Shown here: piece by piece, positions 37,932 through 51,115 of the stretch
Layout: each line of letters opens with the position of its first letter
Numbering within the stretch: position 1 is the first letter of the stretch
Assembly: GCA_026770705.1 (NCBI GenBank)
Contig: JANJGN010000014.1
Location: forward strand, 129,890,001 to 129,954,000
DNA: 64,000 nucleotides
Source of the DNA: Isurus oxyrinchus
Lineage: Eukaryota
Direction of reading: 5' to 3'
Made by a program: the position numbers and the translations under genes
Notes under the pieces: generated by a model
Database searches by the model: none
Told to the model about the DNA's origin: nothing
Seen by the model: only the letters and a program-made list of their open reading frames with translations

Positions 37932-38211
37932 CCCCCACACCTTAAACCAGTTTATATTTCACCCCTTCCTTGGATTCACCTAGTTCTGTTGAAGGGTCAT
38001 GAGGACTTGAAACGTCAACTCTTTTCTTCTCCGCCGATGCTGCCAGACCTGCTGAGTTTTTCCAGGTAATTCTGTTTTTGTTTCTAAATCATGCCTGGTC
38101 TACATAATAACCTGTGTGCAGGTCTATTGACATGTGACTCTTCACACTGTGGGTGGTACTGTTTGCCAGTCTCACATTAACCTTTGCAATGCCAAACACC
38201 CTTATACTGCA
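37490..38211 (-). repeat. 5' LTR of element 1, interrupted by a Penelope-like insertion
   Basis: tgttgtaagg...ctaagagg...ttattggtaacacata...gccaaacacccttatactgca, TG...CA ends, PBS immediately internal. Confidence 0.85.
37646..38080 (+). mobile_element. Penelope-like terminal fragment with (CA)n, inserted in the LTR
   Basis: Exact 10-bp duplication tttctaaatc at 37636-37645 and 38081-38090. Same family as 1-406 and 16269-16514. (CA)n at about 37857-37930. Confidence 0.8.
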
Positions 38212-39116
38212 GTGGCCTCTGACCTTTATCTCTTTAATGTATGACTGCCTTAAATGGTCATTAACCTTCTAAGCTTGTGTTGATGATGCTGGCAGAGTTC
38301 TTTGGCTGTTCTGCATTTTAGTTATCTGTTTTCCTCTTTCTCTTGTCATGGGGTCACGTGGATTCTAGGAGATGGTAAAGCCTGCATTCAGCCATAATAA
38401 CACTGACAAAAGGACAGCCTGGATTGTCTTAATTAATTGAGCTTCACTCATACGTCAGCACAACATCTTGTTGCCAACTGGCATGGCCATTTTATTTCCA
38501 GTCAGGATGTAAGTAGAGACCGATTGATTGATTAAAAGCAAAAAAACTGCGGATGCTGGAAATCCAAAACAAAAACAAAAATACCTAAATAAAAACAAAA
38601 ACAAAACAAAGGATTACTTTTACCTCTGTGGACTCCTGCCTAATAGTGTTAGGCTGATGGGAAATAAAAATGTTGGGATACACTTCAGTGCTGCTTTGAG
38701 GTTTAAGTGACTCAGATCTAACCACCCGCCTCCCCACTCCCCCAAACACGCACCCCCCTCCACCCACCCCGCCCCCCCCCCCCCCCCCCCCCCCCCACCA
38801 CCCTCAACCTCCCATTCCATCCCACCCAATCTATGGGGGCACGCTCACATTACTGGGATGAACAACCTTCCTGGACCAATATGTGAATCAACTCTTTGCT
38901 TATTTGAGAGATACTTTAATGCTGTGACAGCACTCATATTGCTTGGGTCAATCCTCTGTCAACTTTCATTTATATGTACCAGACAAAGATGTCAATCTTA
39001 GTGCTGCAAACCATCATAACCCTAGTCACAGAAATTGATAGCCATGCTGTGTAAATTTGACCCATGATTGCATTCAGGTCTTGCTTCCTATATATTTCAA
39101 ATCACATTGCCATAAT

Positions 39117-39362
39117 CTGGGTTGCCAACCCTGCAGGATTGCCCTGAAGTCTCCAGGAATGGAAGATTAATTGCCAGGATGCTGCTGCAAACAAAATTTG
39201 ATGCTTTCTTTCAGTTTCTTTGAGCAACTCCATTAATTACTTATAGAAATACTAAAAAAAATGGGGTGAAAGGGAAGCTGTCTGACAATTTGGGGCCATT
39301 GGAGTTGGGAGGTCATGTGATGAACTCTCCAGGAAGGTGTCCAACTAGAGTTGGCAACACCA
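39117..39362. mobile_element. hAT (Tip100-like) MITE
   Basis: TIRs ctgggttgccaac / gttggcaacacca. Exact 8-bp TSD gccataat (39109-16, 39363-70). Confidence 0.8.
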
Positions 39363-40634
39363 GCCATAATGTGTGTGCTTACCAAACAGATGTTTTCATA
39401 ATTTGATACTTGGGAAGTGCACCCAACTGAGAGGCTAGTGCTGAATTATAAATCTGACGCTAATAAAGTGGTCTTCAATATTTACTCTGGAACATGAGCT
39501 TTGACTATGTTTAGCCCTCCAGCACATGCAGTCTTGTAAAGATTGAGGTGTTGGAGTGGAACACATTGAAGGGATCAATTGTGGTGCATTTTATGTCTCT
39601 GGCAAGTCACACTCAACAAATCTAGCATTTAACATTTGGTGACTGCTCTGTCTTCCTTCTTTGTTTCCCCTTGGGTCAATCTTAAGGAGTCCAGTTTGTG
39701 ATCTTAGGCTGTGCTCCAGAACATGAGTGTTTTCAGCCTTTGTGGCTTGATAGAACAAAATTGTTAATCATCACCAGTAATGGGTGGGTATACAAGCTAA
39801 TGACATCTGTGGTGTAAACGTGTCTCCTGCATATGACTGGAGTATTGTAAATGAGCAGCAAGTATTTGGTTACTTATTCATCTCTTCCCCACAAAAGCAA
39901 AGGATCGTTTCTCAGCAAACAAACACAAATGCTGCCTTTTACAGACACTGTGACTGGGCAGTCAATGGTGATATGTGGCGACATTATGTTCAGCTCCTCA
40001 GGGACCAAATATCTCGACCCAAACTTGCACACGTTTTCATTCTTTGTGGCTCTAAGATAACAGTAATTTGGACAAAAGATTTTCTAGTTACACTATCATG
40101 AATAGAGGTCAAGGTGGTACATAATCCAACAACTAGGCCTTTGGTTATACAGTGGAAAGACAAATTGCTTGTGATCTATTGTACTAATGTCAGTAGGGGA
40201 CTAGCAATAAAAAAGAGGTTCAGATGGTTTCAGATTTTTTTTCCCGAGGCTTTTAGATGTGAGAGTGATTGATAATGTCTTTATTGGTTCTGACAGAAAC
40301 AAAACTAGATATTGAATATTTTACGCAGGGAATGTTTGAGCAGCTTGGGACTTCCATCTGTCAGACCACTGCTTATCAGCTACCTCCCTCCTCTTGGGTC
40401 AGTATCATTTATGCAGGCAGCCAGCCAATATGACAGGGTTATTTTTCATCTCCATGTATAGAAAATAAAACAAACAATGATTCCTTGCTGATGGTTTCAT
40501 AAAATTGTTGCTTTGTTGGCCAGGTGGCAACCAATAGGTTTTCAAATGGAACCCTAAAATGGTTACTGCCAGAAATAGGCCTTTCAGCCTGTTAGGCCTG
40601 TAATAGCTCTCTTCCAGAGCATTCAAACAGGCAC

Positions 40635-41520
40635 ATGAACATACAAATTAGGAGCAGGAGTAGTCCATTAGGCCGCTCTAGCCTTCTCCACCATTCAATA
40701 AAATCATGGCTGATCTGATTGTAACCACTCGCTTACCCCTGATAACCATTCACCCTCTTGTTTATCAAGATTCTATCTACCTCTACCTTAAAAATATTCA
40801 AATACTCTGCTTCCATCGCCTTTTGAGGAAGAGAGTTCCAAAGGCTCTCAAACTTCTGAGAGAAAAAAAAAATCCTCATCTGTCTTAAATTGGTGACCCC
40901 TTATTTAAAAAAAGTAACACCTGGTTTTAAAATCTCCCGTAAGAGGAAACATCCTCTCCGCATCCACCCTGTCAAAACCCTTCAGAATCTTAAAGGTTTC
41001 AATCAAGTCACCTCTTACTCTTCTGAACTGCAGTGTTTACAATCCTATCCTGTCCAACCTTTCCTTATAAGACAACTCATCCAAATCTGGTATTAGTCCA
41101 GTAAACTTTCTCTGAACTGCTAATGCATTTACACCTTTCCTTAAATAAGGAGACCAATACTGTAAACAATGGTCCAGATGTGGTCTCACCAGTGCCCTGT
41201 ACAACTGAAGCATAACCTCCCTACTTTTGTATTCAATTGTCCTCACAATAAATGATAACATTCCATTAGCTTTCCTAATTACCTGCTGTATCTGCATACT
41301 AAACTTCTGCAATTCATGCACTGGGACACCTAGACCCATCTGCATCTCTGATCTCTGCAACCTCTCACCACTTAGATAATATGTTTTTTTTATTTTCCAG
41401 CCAAAATGTAGCCTCCTTATGTCCTCTTCACAACTTACTTTCCCGCCTATCTTTTGTGTCACCTGCAGATTTAGTAACCTTATCTTTGGTCCCTTCATCC
41501 AAGCTGTCTTGCTTGTAAAA
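40635..41520 (-). mobile_element. CR1 LINE 3' fragment
   Basis: KANGMLSFI..LYRALVRPHLDHCLQYWSPYL..SYKERLDRIGL. Confidence 0.88.
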
Positions 41521-44500
41521 AGTAAAAACTGAAGTCCCTCATCCATGATCTTAACTACAATGACCATGTGGTTTCCCTCTGTGAGCCTGAGCTTGGGAGA
41601 GTGGGGGTGGTAGTGGGGATGAAAATCAGCTCTGGTCAATGATCTAGTGGAATGTCTTGTGGAATAAGTTGTTAATCCTCATCCTGTGAGTGACTACCTG
41701 GATGAGGAAATGGGAGGGTTTCTCAAATCCATACAACTGGACCCAAAGAGAGGAACCCTCTTTAGGAATGGAAGAAAGGGAGCTCAGTCAAATTTTATCT
41801 AATGGTCTTATAAAGCACTTAGGCCATTTTACTACATTAAAGGTGCTATATAAAAGTAGGTTCTTGTTATATTTGCCAGCTAGCTATCTGTGGTCTGAAA
41901 CTAAGTGTTACATCATCATCCAGATCCTAAATCAAAATCGAAATCTTAAAAACTACTGATGTTGCCATCTTCATTTAGTATCAGTGCACATTTAACAAAT
42001 CACAACCTGGATGCTGGAGCACTTGTTTCAAAGTTCAGTTGGTAACAAACTAGAGAGTACCCGGGAACTTGGGGAACCTATAGTTCTCTGTGGACCTTCT
42101 CCATAGCAATGCCTTGGCCAATCAGAGTTGAATTGCCAACCAGTCAGCATCCTTTTCTCCTGTAGTATAAATTGTTGTGACTGTTTGTAATTTGGCATTC
42201 TTGCATTTGTCCTGATGAGTGTAAGATGAAAAGCTTCGACAACTTGTCTCTTTCTTTTCAGCAATATTCAACCAGAAAAGAATTAAGAGCTTCAAAATAT
42301 GCTCTCAATTGATCTGCCTTTTCAAGTAAACTACAAATACAAGCACCTCCTATGTCAGGGGAGATGGTCTGGAGGTTTCTCTTACTTAACCGAGATATAA
42401 AATTGTGGCCATAATAATAAAGGTGATAATTTGTTAATTTGCCCAATAAATCTTTTGTGTAAGAGTTCATGTCTAATCAGGCATATGGTTAGAGTCCTAG
42501 CACAAAAGAAGATGGGTGCAGTTTTTGGAGGTCAATTGTCTCAGTCCCAGGACATCACTGTAGGAGTCCCTTGGGGTTCTGTCCTAGGCTAAATCATCTG
42601 CAGCTGCTTCACCAATGACCTTCCCTCCATCATGAGGTCCAAAGTGGGGATGTTTGTTGTTGATGGCAGTGTTCATAATCATTGGCAACTCCTAGTGCTG
42701 AAACAGCCTGTGCTTGGATGGACAAGACCTTAGCAACATTGGTACCTGGGCTGATGTGCGGCACAACTGTTGCTTGCCACTTAAGCACCAGGCACTGACC
42801 ACCTCCAGCAAGAGAGAATCTAACACCCTTCCCTTGTCCTGTTCCCCTAACATGCCTTAGCTCACGGACCTACACTGGTCCCGGTCAAGCAGCGTCTTGA
42901 TTTTAAAATCCTCACCCTGGTTTTCAAATCTCTTCATGGCCTTGCTCCTCCCCATCTTGGTAATCTCCTCCAACCCCTCAACACCCCGAGGCATCTGCGC
43001 TTCTCCAATTCTAACCTCTTGTGCATCCCCCACCCCCAAGGTTAATTGCTCCACTAGGTGGCCATGCCTTCAGTTGTCTAGGCCCCAAGCTCTGGAATTC
43101 CCTCCCTACACCTCTCTGCTGCTCTACCTCACTGGCCTCCTTTAAGATATTTCTTAAAATCCATTTCTTTAACCAAGCTTTTGATTATCTGATCTAATAT
43201 CTCCTTACATGTCTCAGTGTCATACTTTGTTTTTATTAATGCTATTGTGAAGCACCTAATTGGGACATTTCATTATGTTAAAGGCACTATAAATATTTAT
43301 TGATATTCATGTTGACAATCATTGACATTACCATCACTGAATCTCCCACCACCAACAACCTGGTATTCCAACTGACCAGAAACTGAAATTGACCAGTCAT
43401 ATTAATACTGTGGCCGCAAAAGCAGGACAGAGGTTGGGAATTCTGTGAGTAACTCACCTCCTGACTCCCCAAGACCTATCCACCATCTACAAGGCCCAAG
43501 TCAGGAGTCTGACGGATACTCTCCATTTGCCTGGTTGAATGTGGCTGCAACAACACTTAAGACACTCCACACCATACAGGACAAAACAGCCTGATAGGCC
43601 GGCACCATCCACTGCCTTGATCATTTATTCCCTCTATCGCTGGTGCACATTGACAGCAGTGTGCACCACCTACAAGGTGCAATGCAACAACTAACCAAGG
43701 CTCCTTCTTTCTTTCCCTCATTATTTTTCTTTTTGTACCTATTCCATATGACATTCACCTATAGTAATTAAGGCGTGCTCCCTCTCAGTCCATCCAAAGT
43801 GCTGGATGGGGTGCCAAACAAACGGAAATAAAAATACCTGGAAAAACTCAGCAGGTCTGGCAGCATCTGCAGGGAGGAGCACAGTTAGTGTTTCGAGTCC
43901 GTATGACTCTCCTTGTTCAAGGCCCCAGATGAACTGTTACCCTCGGCACATGTTAATCAGCTTGCGCGTTCAGCAAGAAACTTTAAAACCTCAAATTTGC
44001 ATAGACAAATGTAACTATGGGTCATGCTGTGAGATGGCCCAAACCAGCAAAACCTGAGTCAGTAAGTTTTATAACACATGCTAGAAATGTGGTGAATCAA
44101 TTATTCAAACACTTCCCTCTTACAGTGTGAACAACAGTGATCCAGACACAATTAGTTAGATATTACTGGCTTCGAACTGCCTCTGTCACTTTCCAACTGT
44201 CACTTGCTGCTATTATAGGTGGGGAAAGGGGGAGGCCGATTGAGAGCGAGAGGGTCCCCCCTCACCCAAGTTTTCCACTTGTTCTTCCAGAATATGTGTT
44301 CAGCGGGTGTGACCATTTGTGCATATGCATTCAGTTAACATTTCAAAGTTATTAGATAGTAGTTGTCCATACAATTGGCTCGGATTGTTTTCTGTTGGCA
44401 GTCAAATCCATTGTTGTCTACATTTACCAAACTGTTAGCCAAAAATAACACACTCTAAACTGCGTTTTCTGAACTCTGTGCTTTTATGCTTTTATCCTGT

Positions 44501-47500
44501 TAATGCCCTTTCCAAATATTTTTTTTATAAAAACAAGAAACACCCTTGTCTTTCTTAGCCAAAGGCTAAGGAAAGTTTAGTGAACAGCACATGTACAATG
44601 GAGAGTGAGCCTCTGCAGTGTGGGCTGTTCTGCTGTCCCTCTGGCCGCTGGGAGTAGTTGCACAGTGTGAAAGCAATTGAGCTATGCTTGAGGCAGATGG
44701 GAGCTGAGCTGTACTGACCGCCACAGAGGCAACTGAGCTCTTCATAAGTAAGGGTAGATTATCCCCATAGAATTCCTTTCTTGCAAGCACTGACTCTCTG
44801 TCAGGTGATTTTACAACTGCTGACAAGTACCCAGCCAAGTACCCATTTTAAAAAAAACAGACCTGACCTCCATTTATATAACGCTTGTCACCGCCTCGAG
44901 TGTCCCAAAGTGCCATACAACCAATGAAGTATTTGTGAAGTTTAGTCATTGTTGTAATGTATGAAATGTTGCAACCAATTGTTCTATTATTTGTCCATGG
45001 GTATCGCTGGCAAGGCCAACATTTATTTCCCATCCCTAAATGCCTTTGAGATGTGGCAGTGAGCCTTCTCAAACTGCTGCAGCCTGTATGGTGCAGGTAC
45101 ACCCAGTGTTAGGGACAGAGTTCCAGGATTTTGACTCGGCAACAGTAAAGGAACAGCAATTTATATTCCTAGTCAGGAAGCTGTGTGACTTCAAGGGGAA
45201 CTTGCAGATGGTGTTGTTTAAATTGCCTGTTGACCTTGTTGTTCTAGCTAGTAGAGGTCACAGGTTTTGAAGGTGCTATCGAAGGAGGCTTGGTGAGTTG
45301 CTGCAGTGCATCTTGTAGATGGTACACACTGCTGCCACTGTGCTTCGGTGGTGGAGGAAGTGAATGTTTAAGGTGTTAGATGGGTTCCAATCACGGGCAC
45401 ATAAAGGTCCTACAAACAGTAATTTGATAATCAGATAATCTGTTTTTCTGGTGTTGGTTGAGAGATCTAGAACACCAAGAGGACGCTTCTGCTCTTCCAT
45501 GATCTTTTACACCCAATTGAAAATGATTTAACTTCTTACCAAAAAATGGCACCTCTGACAGCACGGCACTCCTTCGGTACTACACTGGAGCGTCAGCCTA
45601 GCAAATGTTAGTATCCTCTTCAATCGTAAAAGTCAGTGCAGCAAGGTCCCATCCAGTTCTTACATGGCAAACATACAGTTGGTAATTGTCAGAAGTAGAA
45701 ACCCTTCTTAATATTTTGTTTCTTTTATGACCAGAAGAATTATAGACAACTAATGCTGAAATCAGCTAATTCTACAATGACTGGGAATCCAATTGAATTG
45801 GACACCTTCTGGGCTGGGTACAATGCAAAGTCTTCCTTTACCTAAAAATCATTTTAGGAAGTTGCAGCATATGGTTTTAGCAGATGCTGTACAGTTAATA
45901 ATAAATTTGTCACTGCTGGGTCAATTGTGTAACATGATATCACTTCACAAAACACATGATAGGTAAGTGAGAGGCTATTGTCCATTGCTGTGGTCCTGGC
46001 ATCCACTTGAAAAGAACAGAATGGGAAAACAAGGCAAGCTCCCAGGTGAAAATCACTATATTTTGTAAAGAATATCATGTGCCAGGGTGTAGATGAGGGA
46101 ACTCAACATGAAACTGTGACTTGCATGTATCACTTGCTATAGAACTGTAGTAAATAGGATACGAGAGGCTAGTAGATATGGTATTTGACTTTCTTTAATC
46201 CATTCTTGGGATGTGAGTTTCGCTGGCAAAGCCAGTGTTCATTGCCCATCCATAATTGCCCTTGAGGAGGAGGTGGTGTGCTGTGGCTCTTGAATCGCTG
46301 CAATCCTTCCTGTGTAGGTACACCCAGAGTGCTGTTAGGGAGGGGGTTCCAGGATTTTGACCCCAGTGACAGTGATGGAACAGCAATATAGTTTCCAGTC
46401 AGGATGGCGTGTGGCTTGGAGGGGCACCTGCAGGTGATGGTGGTGTTCCCATGCGTCTGTTGCCCTGGTTCTTTTAAGTGGTAGAGGTCGTGGGTTTGGA
46501 ACATGCTGTCAAAAGAGCCTTGGTGAGTTGCTGCAGTGCATCTTGTACATAGTACACTACCGCTACTGTGAGTGGAGAGTGTGAATGTTTAAAGTGGTGG
46601 TAGTTATCTAGAGGTCTGGGCTAATAGCCCAGAGAGTGAGTTCAAATTCCACCTTGGCAGTTTGAAAATTTTAACTTTTTAAAACAAAAAGTGAAGTAAC
46701 AAATTTAAATCTAGAAATAAGAAGCCTGCATCTGTAAAAGGTCAGGAAGTTGCTGGATTCTCATTTAAAACCCACTGGTTGGTGAACCTCTTTTCTGGAA
46801 TGGAAATTGCCATCTTAATCTGTCCAATATGGGGCTAATATCCAATGTGACCAATCAGTTGCTTCAAATTGCCACCCAGTGCCTCAAGAAGAACGTGGGC
46901 CATTACCATATATCCAGAGCATCTAGGAATGGGCAATAAATGCTGATGATGCCCACATCCTTTACCAAAATCAATCTTCAGTGAGGAACTTTAAGTCATT
47001 ATCAAGTGTACTTTGAAGTATGTGAAGTTACTGGTGGCTGTCACCTGAGTCTCTATAGCCATGTATGTTTTCTGATTGTAACACTTTAGCATGTATTAAA
47101 TCATTGAAGCTATCCAATTAGGCCCATATCCCTCCCCTTTGATGCCCTTATAATGTTTAATAAGGGAAGTGGAATTTTTTTTTATGGATTCCAGTTCCAC
47201 CCCTGTTTCTAGCAGTTCATATCCAAACCACCCATTGCATGAGGAGAAAAATTGTCCAAGCCTCTCTTTGTTCATTTTGGAAAGCTTATGCTCCCAGTTA
47301 GTAACCAACTGGCCAGTGGAGATAGATATTGAAAGAGTTAAAGTTTAAGGACATAACAGAACAAGCTATCGCATCTATGCACAAGAGCTCCAACATTGGC
47401 CTAGTCTCTAATACTTGCCAAATGCCTTGACTGAGCTGAAAATTAGATGGTTTACGAGAGTTTATTTGAGAACAAAATGGTATTGTGCATAATGAAGGAA

Positions 47501-47679
47501 GTTTATCCAATACTCCATAGATTGTTCAGAGTAGAGTTGCTGTTTTGGGCTCAATCAGCGAATCTGGATGCAAATTGCACTCAGAATTGTGCTTTGTCGA
47601 AGTGATGTTATAATTAATATCTGCCTTTGAACCAGCACAATAGGGCAGCGTATTAGAATGTAGGTGTTATTTCTTTTTT

Positions 47680-48340
47680 AAAAATTTGTTCATGGAATGT
47701 GGGCATCTCTGGCTAGGCCAGCACTTATTGTCCATTCCTAATTGCCCGTGAGATGGTGGTGGTGAGCTGCCATTTTGAACTGCTGCAGTCCATGTGGTGT
47801 AGGTACACCTGCAGTGCTGTTAGGGAGGGAGTTCCAGGATTTTGACCCAGCGACAGTGAATGAACGGTGATATATCCCCAAGTCAGGATGGTGAGTGACT
47901 TGGAGGGAAACTTCCAGGTGGTGGTTGTGTCTGCTGCCCTTGTCCTTCTAGATGGTAGTGGCTGTGGGTTTGGACAGTGCTATCTAAGGAGCCTTGGTGA
48001 ACTTCTGCAGTGCATCTTGTAGATGGTACACACTGCTGCTACTATGCATCAATGGTGGAGTGAGCGAAATGTTTGTGGATGGGGTGCCAATCAAGTGGCG
48101 GCTTTGTCGTGGATGGTGTCGAGCTTTGTGAATGTTGTTGGAGCTGCACTTGTCCAGGCAAGTGGGGGGTATTCCATCACACTCCTGACTTGTGCCTTGT
48201 AGATGAATAGGTTTTGGCGAGTCAGGAGATGAGTTACTCAATGCAGGATTCCTAGCCTCTGACCTGCTCTTTAGCCATAGTATTTATGCGGCTAGCCCAA
48301 CTCCGTTTCTGGTCAATGGTAGCCCCCAGGATGTTGATAC
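47680..48340 (-). mobile_element. LINE 3' fragment, same family as 7664-8200
   Basis: Collinear with 7664-8200 and extends further 5'. Confidence 0.8.
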
Positions 48341-49399
48341 CATTCTCCTTGCATTAAAAAAAAAATTTTGATATATTTTAAGAGTGGTAAGCTGGTGCAG
48401 TTTTTTTATTATTTGTTCATGGGATGTGGGTAACACTAGATAGGCTAGCATTTATTGCCCATCGCTAATTGCCCTTGAGTATGTAGTGGTGAGCTGCCTT
48501 CTTGAACCACTGCAGTCCATGTGATGTAGATGCTTTCATTAATGCTGCTGAAAGTTTATCAAAAAGTAAGCATTTTTAATTAATGTCAATACAACAGCTG
48601 TGAGTAACTAATTTTAAATAACTGAAAAAAACTACTGTTATAGAGTTGATCTTCCAGGCAACTTTTCTTGGTGGACACATTTAACTATATTTACAAGACA
48701 GGAGCAGCAACTACATGTGTGCATCAAACTCTATAACTAAAGAAGAACTCTTTCCCCCAAAGATTCTCCATGCTGTGAACCCAATGATTTACACAGATCA
48801 TGTGATCTTACAACACAGGATAATTCTTAAAGCTGCAGTCTTACATTTATCCAGACTATAATTACTACATTCCTCCCCCATTTAACTTTTTTGTACATTT
48901 TTGTATTTACAAGGATATTTATCTCATGACATTACAACGTTTACACAGGTCATGAAATTACAAGTTCAGTCTTTCAGGTGGTTTCCTGATCCGTATGGAA
49001 CGTCACAGCTCCGTGACTACAATTCTTTTGCAGGAACCACATTCTCTGGATTGGTCCAATCATAGAGCTTACTTTACCAGGTCACCACTTCAGTCCTCCA
49101 CCGAAATTCTTTACATATGCTACTTCTCCAAGAGTAAATTGTCGCTCATAACTATGCAAATCATGAGTCGTTTTTTGGTTCCACCATCCCCCTCCAAATT
49201 GGGAAGTATCAGGCTGAGTCCTGTTCGAAGACAGTGCCTCATCAGTAATTCTATGTGTCTTCTTCTTTCTACCACAGAATTTAGTTTCTGCTTTCTTTTA
49301 GACTGTACTGTCAGCCAGACTTCTCTTGGATACAATCTCAACTTGTCTTAGTTCAGTAGTTGAGCTACCCATGACTTCATTATCTACTCTCTTCATGGA

Positions 49400-49880
49400 A
49401 AGTTCTAAGACTTTTGCTTTAAAAGCCTCTTTGGTTTCATTCAACTGATTCTTCAGCTGTCTGTCTCCTTATTGTATCTGTTGGCTTCCTCCTGGAACCT
49501 TTGATATTGCTGTTTCTTCTCTGCAACCTGGTTCTTCAGTTTGTCCAGAGGTGTTAAATTCTTCCTGTTTCTCTTCATAAATTTTAGAGGTAAAAACTTT
49601 GACCTAAGGGATCCTTGTCGAGTGTGAAGGTCTTTCCACTCCTTGTCTTTTCGAAGCTCACTTGCTTCATCTTGAATTCTGTCATTCAGCAGAGTCTCCT
49701 TGGGTTTCGCCGCTGTTCTTCCCCATGTTGTTGTTTAAGACGATCTTCATTTCTTCAGGTTGCTGAATAGCTACACAGTCCTTTTTTCATCCTGTTGCAG
49801 TCCTTGGACTCTCCAAGCTCTTTCTGAATTACCTTGCCTTGTTCCTTTTCCAACTCAGGAATTCATCCTGCTTCCTTTTG
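49400..49880 (-). pseudogene. UACA: Captured UACA-like coiled-coil fragment in place of RT/RNase H/integrase core (element 2)
   Basis: KDLHTRQGSLRSKFLPL..YEEKQEEFN..LKNQVAEKKQQYQRFQEEANRYNKET is homologous at DNA and protein level to 34320-34525 and to the recalled UACA coiled coil. Confidence 0.8.
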
Positions 49881-49889
49881 AAATCTCAC

Positions 49890-51115
49890 TGGCCAATTAA
49901 GATTAACTTCCCTCAACCAATTTCGACTTAGAAGGCTTGTTCCTCTGCCTTCTAATACCATCAATGCTGGTTGTGCCGATTGGTGTCTATAATGAACGAG
50001 TTATTCTGGTGATACCTTTAACCTGAATTTCTTTACTTGTATACTTTTTCAACTTGGCAAATGTTTGTTCCAAATTTAACTGTTAATCATCTTTATTTAA
50101 ATATCTGAAAGTGTGTTCTTCTATTACAGTGGTAGAAACACCCATGTCTATTTACATTTTTAATGGTTTAACCATTCACTTGCACTGTGATAATAATTGG
50201 CTCTGTCTTCCCAATTTTCATGTTGAATAATGAATAAATGTCAGAATTGGTTGTTTCTGGCTCTGCTACACTATAGGCTTCATTGGACTTTGATTGTCGC
50301 CTAGAAGCCTGTTTAAATCTCACTTTGCAATGTTTCAATATGTATCCACTTCTGTGACAAAAATAACACTCTACCTTTTTAAATTGCTGATCGTTAGTAT
50401 GATTGTTCCCATGTTGATAAAAATTAGTTTTCAACTTTGCTGTTAAGCTGTTTCTTCTAAGTTTACAGTTAGCGGGGGCTGTTTCCCACTTCGCAGTGGA
50501 ATCTCAGCTTTACGTGCCACTTTTGGCTGACTGTTCTCGCCTAATTAGGATAACGGTGCCATTTTGTGCACTTTAAATCACGTGTGAATCACTTGCAGCA
50601 TTTACCATCGCCAGCGTTATTTCTAATGCTTTCTTAAAATCAAGATTCACTTCAGCCAGCAGTCTTCGCTGAACACCACACCACACCACACACCACACCA
50701 CACCACACACCACAGACCAAATGATCTCCGAGCATATCGTTCAGGGTTTCACCAAAATCACAACATTCCATTTAGTTGTTTTAATTTCGTCACGTAGGTA
50801 GTAATGGTCTTCCCCAGGGTTCTATTCCATGAATTGAACCTGAACCTCGGCATTGTGACTTGAGGGCTTAGGTTAAAAATGTCCCTTAACGAGGCCTAAT
50901 AATTAACTGAAGGTCTTCAAATCTGGGGTACTGGAGGCCATCAAGTTTCGAATTAAACCATAGGTCTTGCTTCCACAAATACTCGGGAGGATCGCTTTCC
51001 TCTTTTCCTCTTTTGTGATTTCGTTGCCTTGAAAGAAGAACGCAAGACATTCTATTTTGAGACCAATCATCTGTGGCTGGTTCAAAAGGATCGATTCTGC
51101 CAAACTGTGGCATCT
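49890..51115 (-). pseudogene. Gypsy gag and aspartic protease, degenerate (element 2)
   Basis: Frameshifted gag (IECLAFFFQGNEITKEEKRKAILPSICGSKTYGLIRNL), CCHC-like knuckle, catalytic DTG read as DMG (ACG>ATG), (CACCA)n expansion at about 50672-50713. Confidence 0.88.

Larger units (their letters stand above)
32204..38211 (-). mobile_element. Non-autonomous Ty3/Gypsy LTR retrotransposon (element 1) carrying host cargo
   Basis: Direct-repeat LTRs 32204-32484 and 37490-38211 (the latter interrupted). PBS TGGTGGCAGC (tRNA-Leu type) at 37480-37489 on -. PPT-like AAAGACTTGGGTGGG next to the 3' LTR. Flanks gtgcc/gtggc (5-bp TSD, 1 mismatch). gag remnant and an integrase-like C-terminal tail (..IKPPDCLNI*) at about 32575-32625. 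Confidence 0.88.
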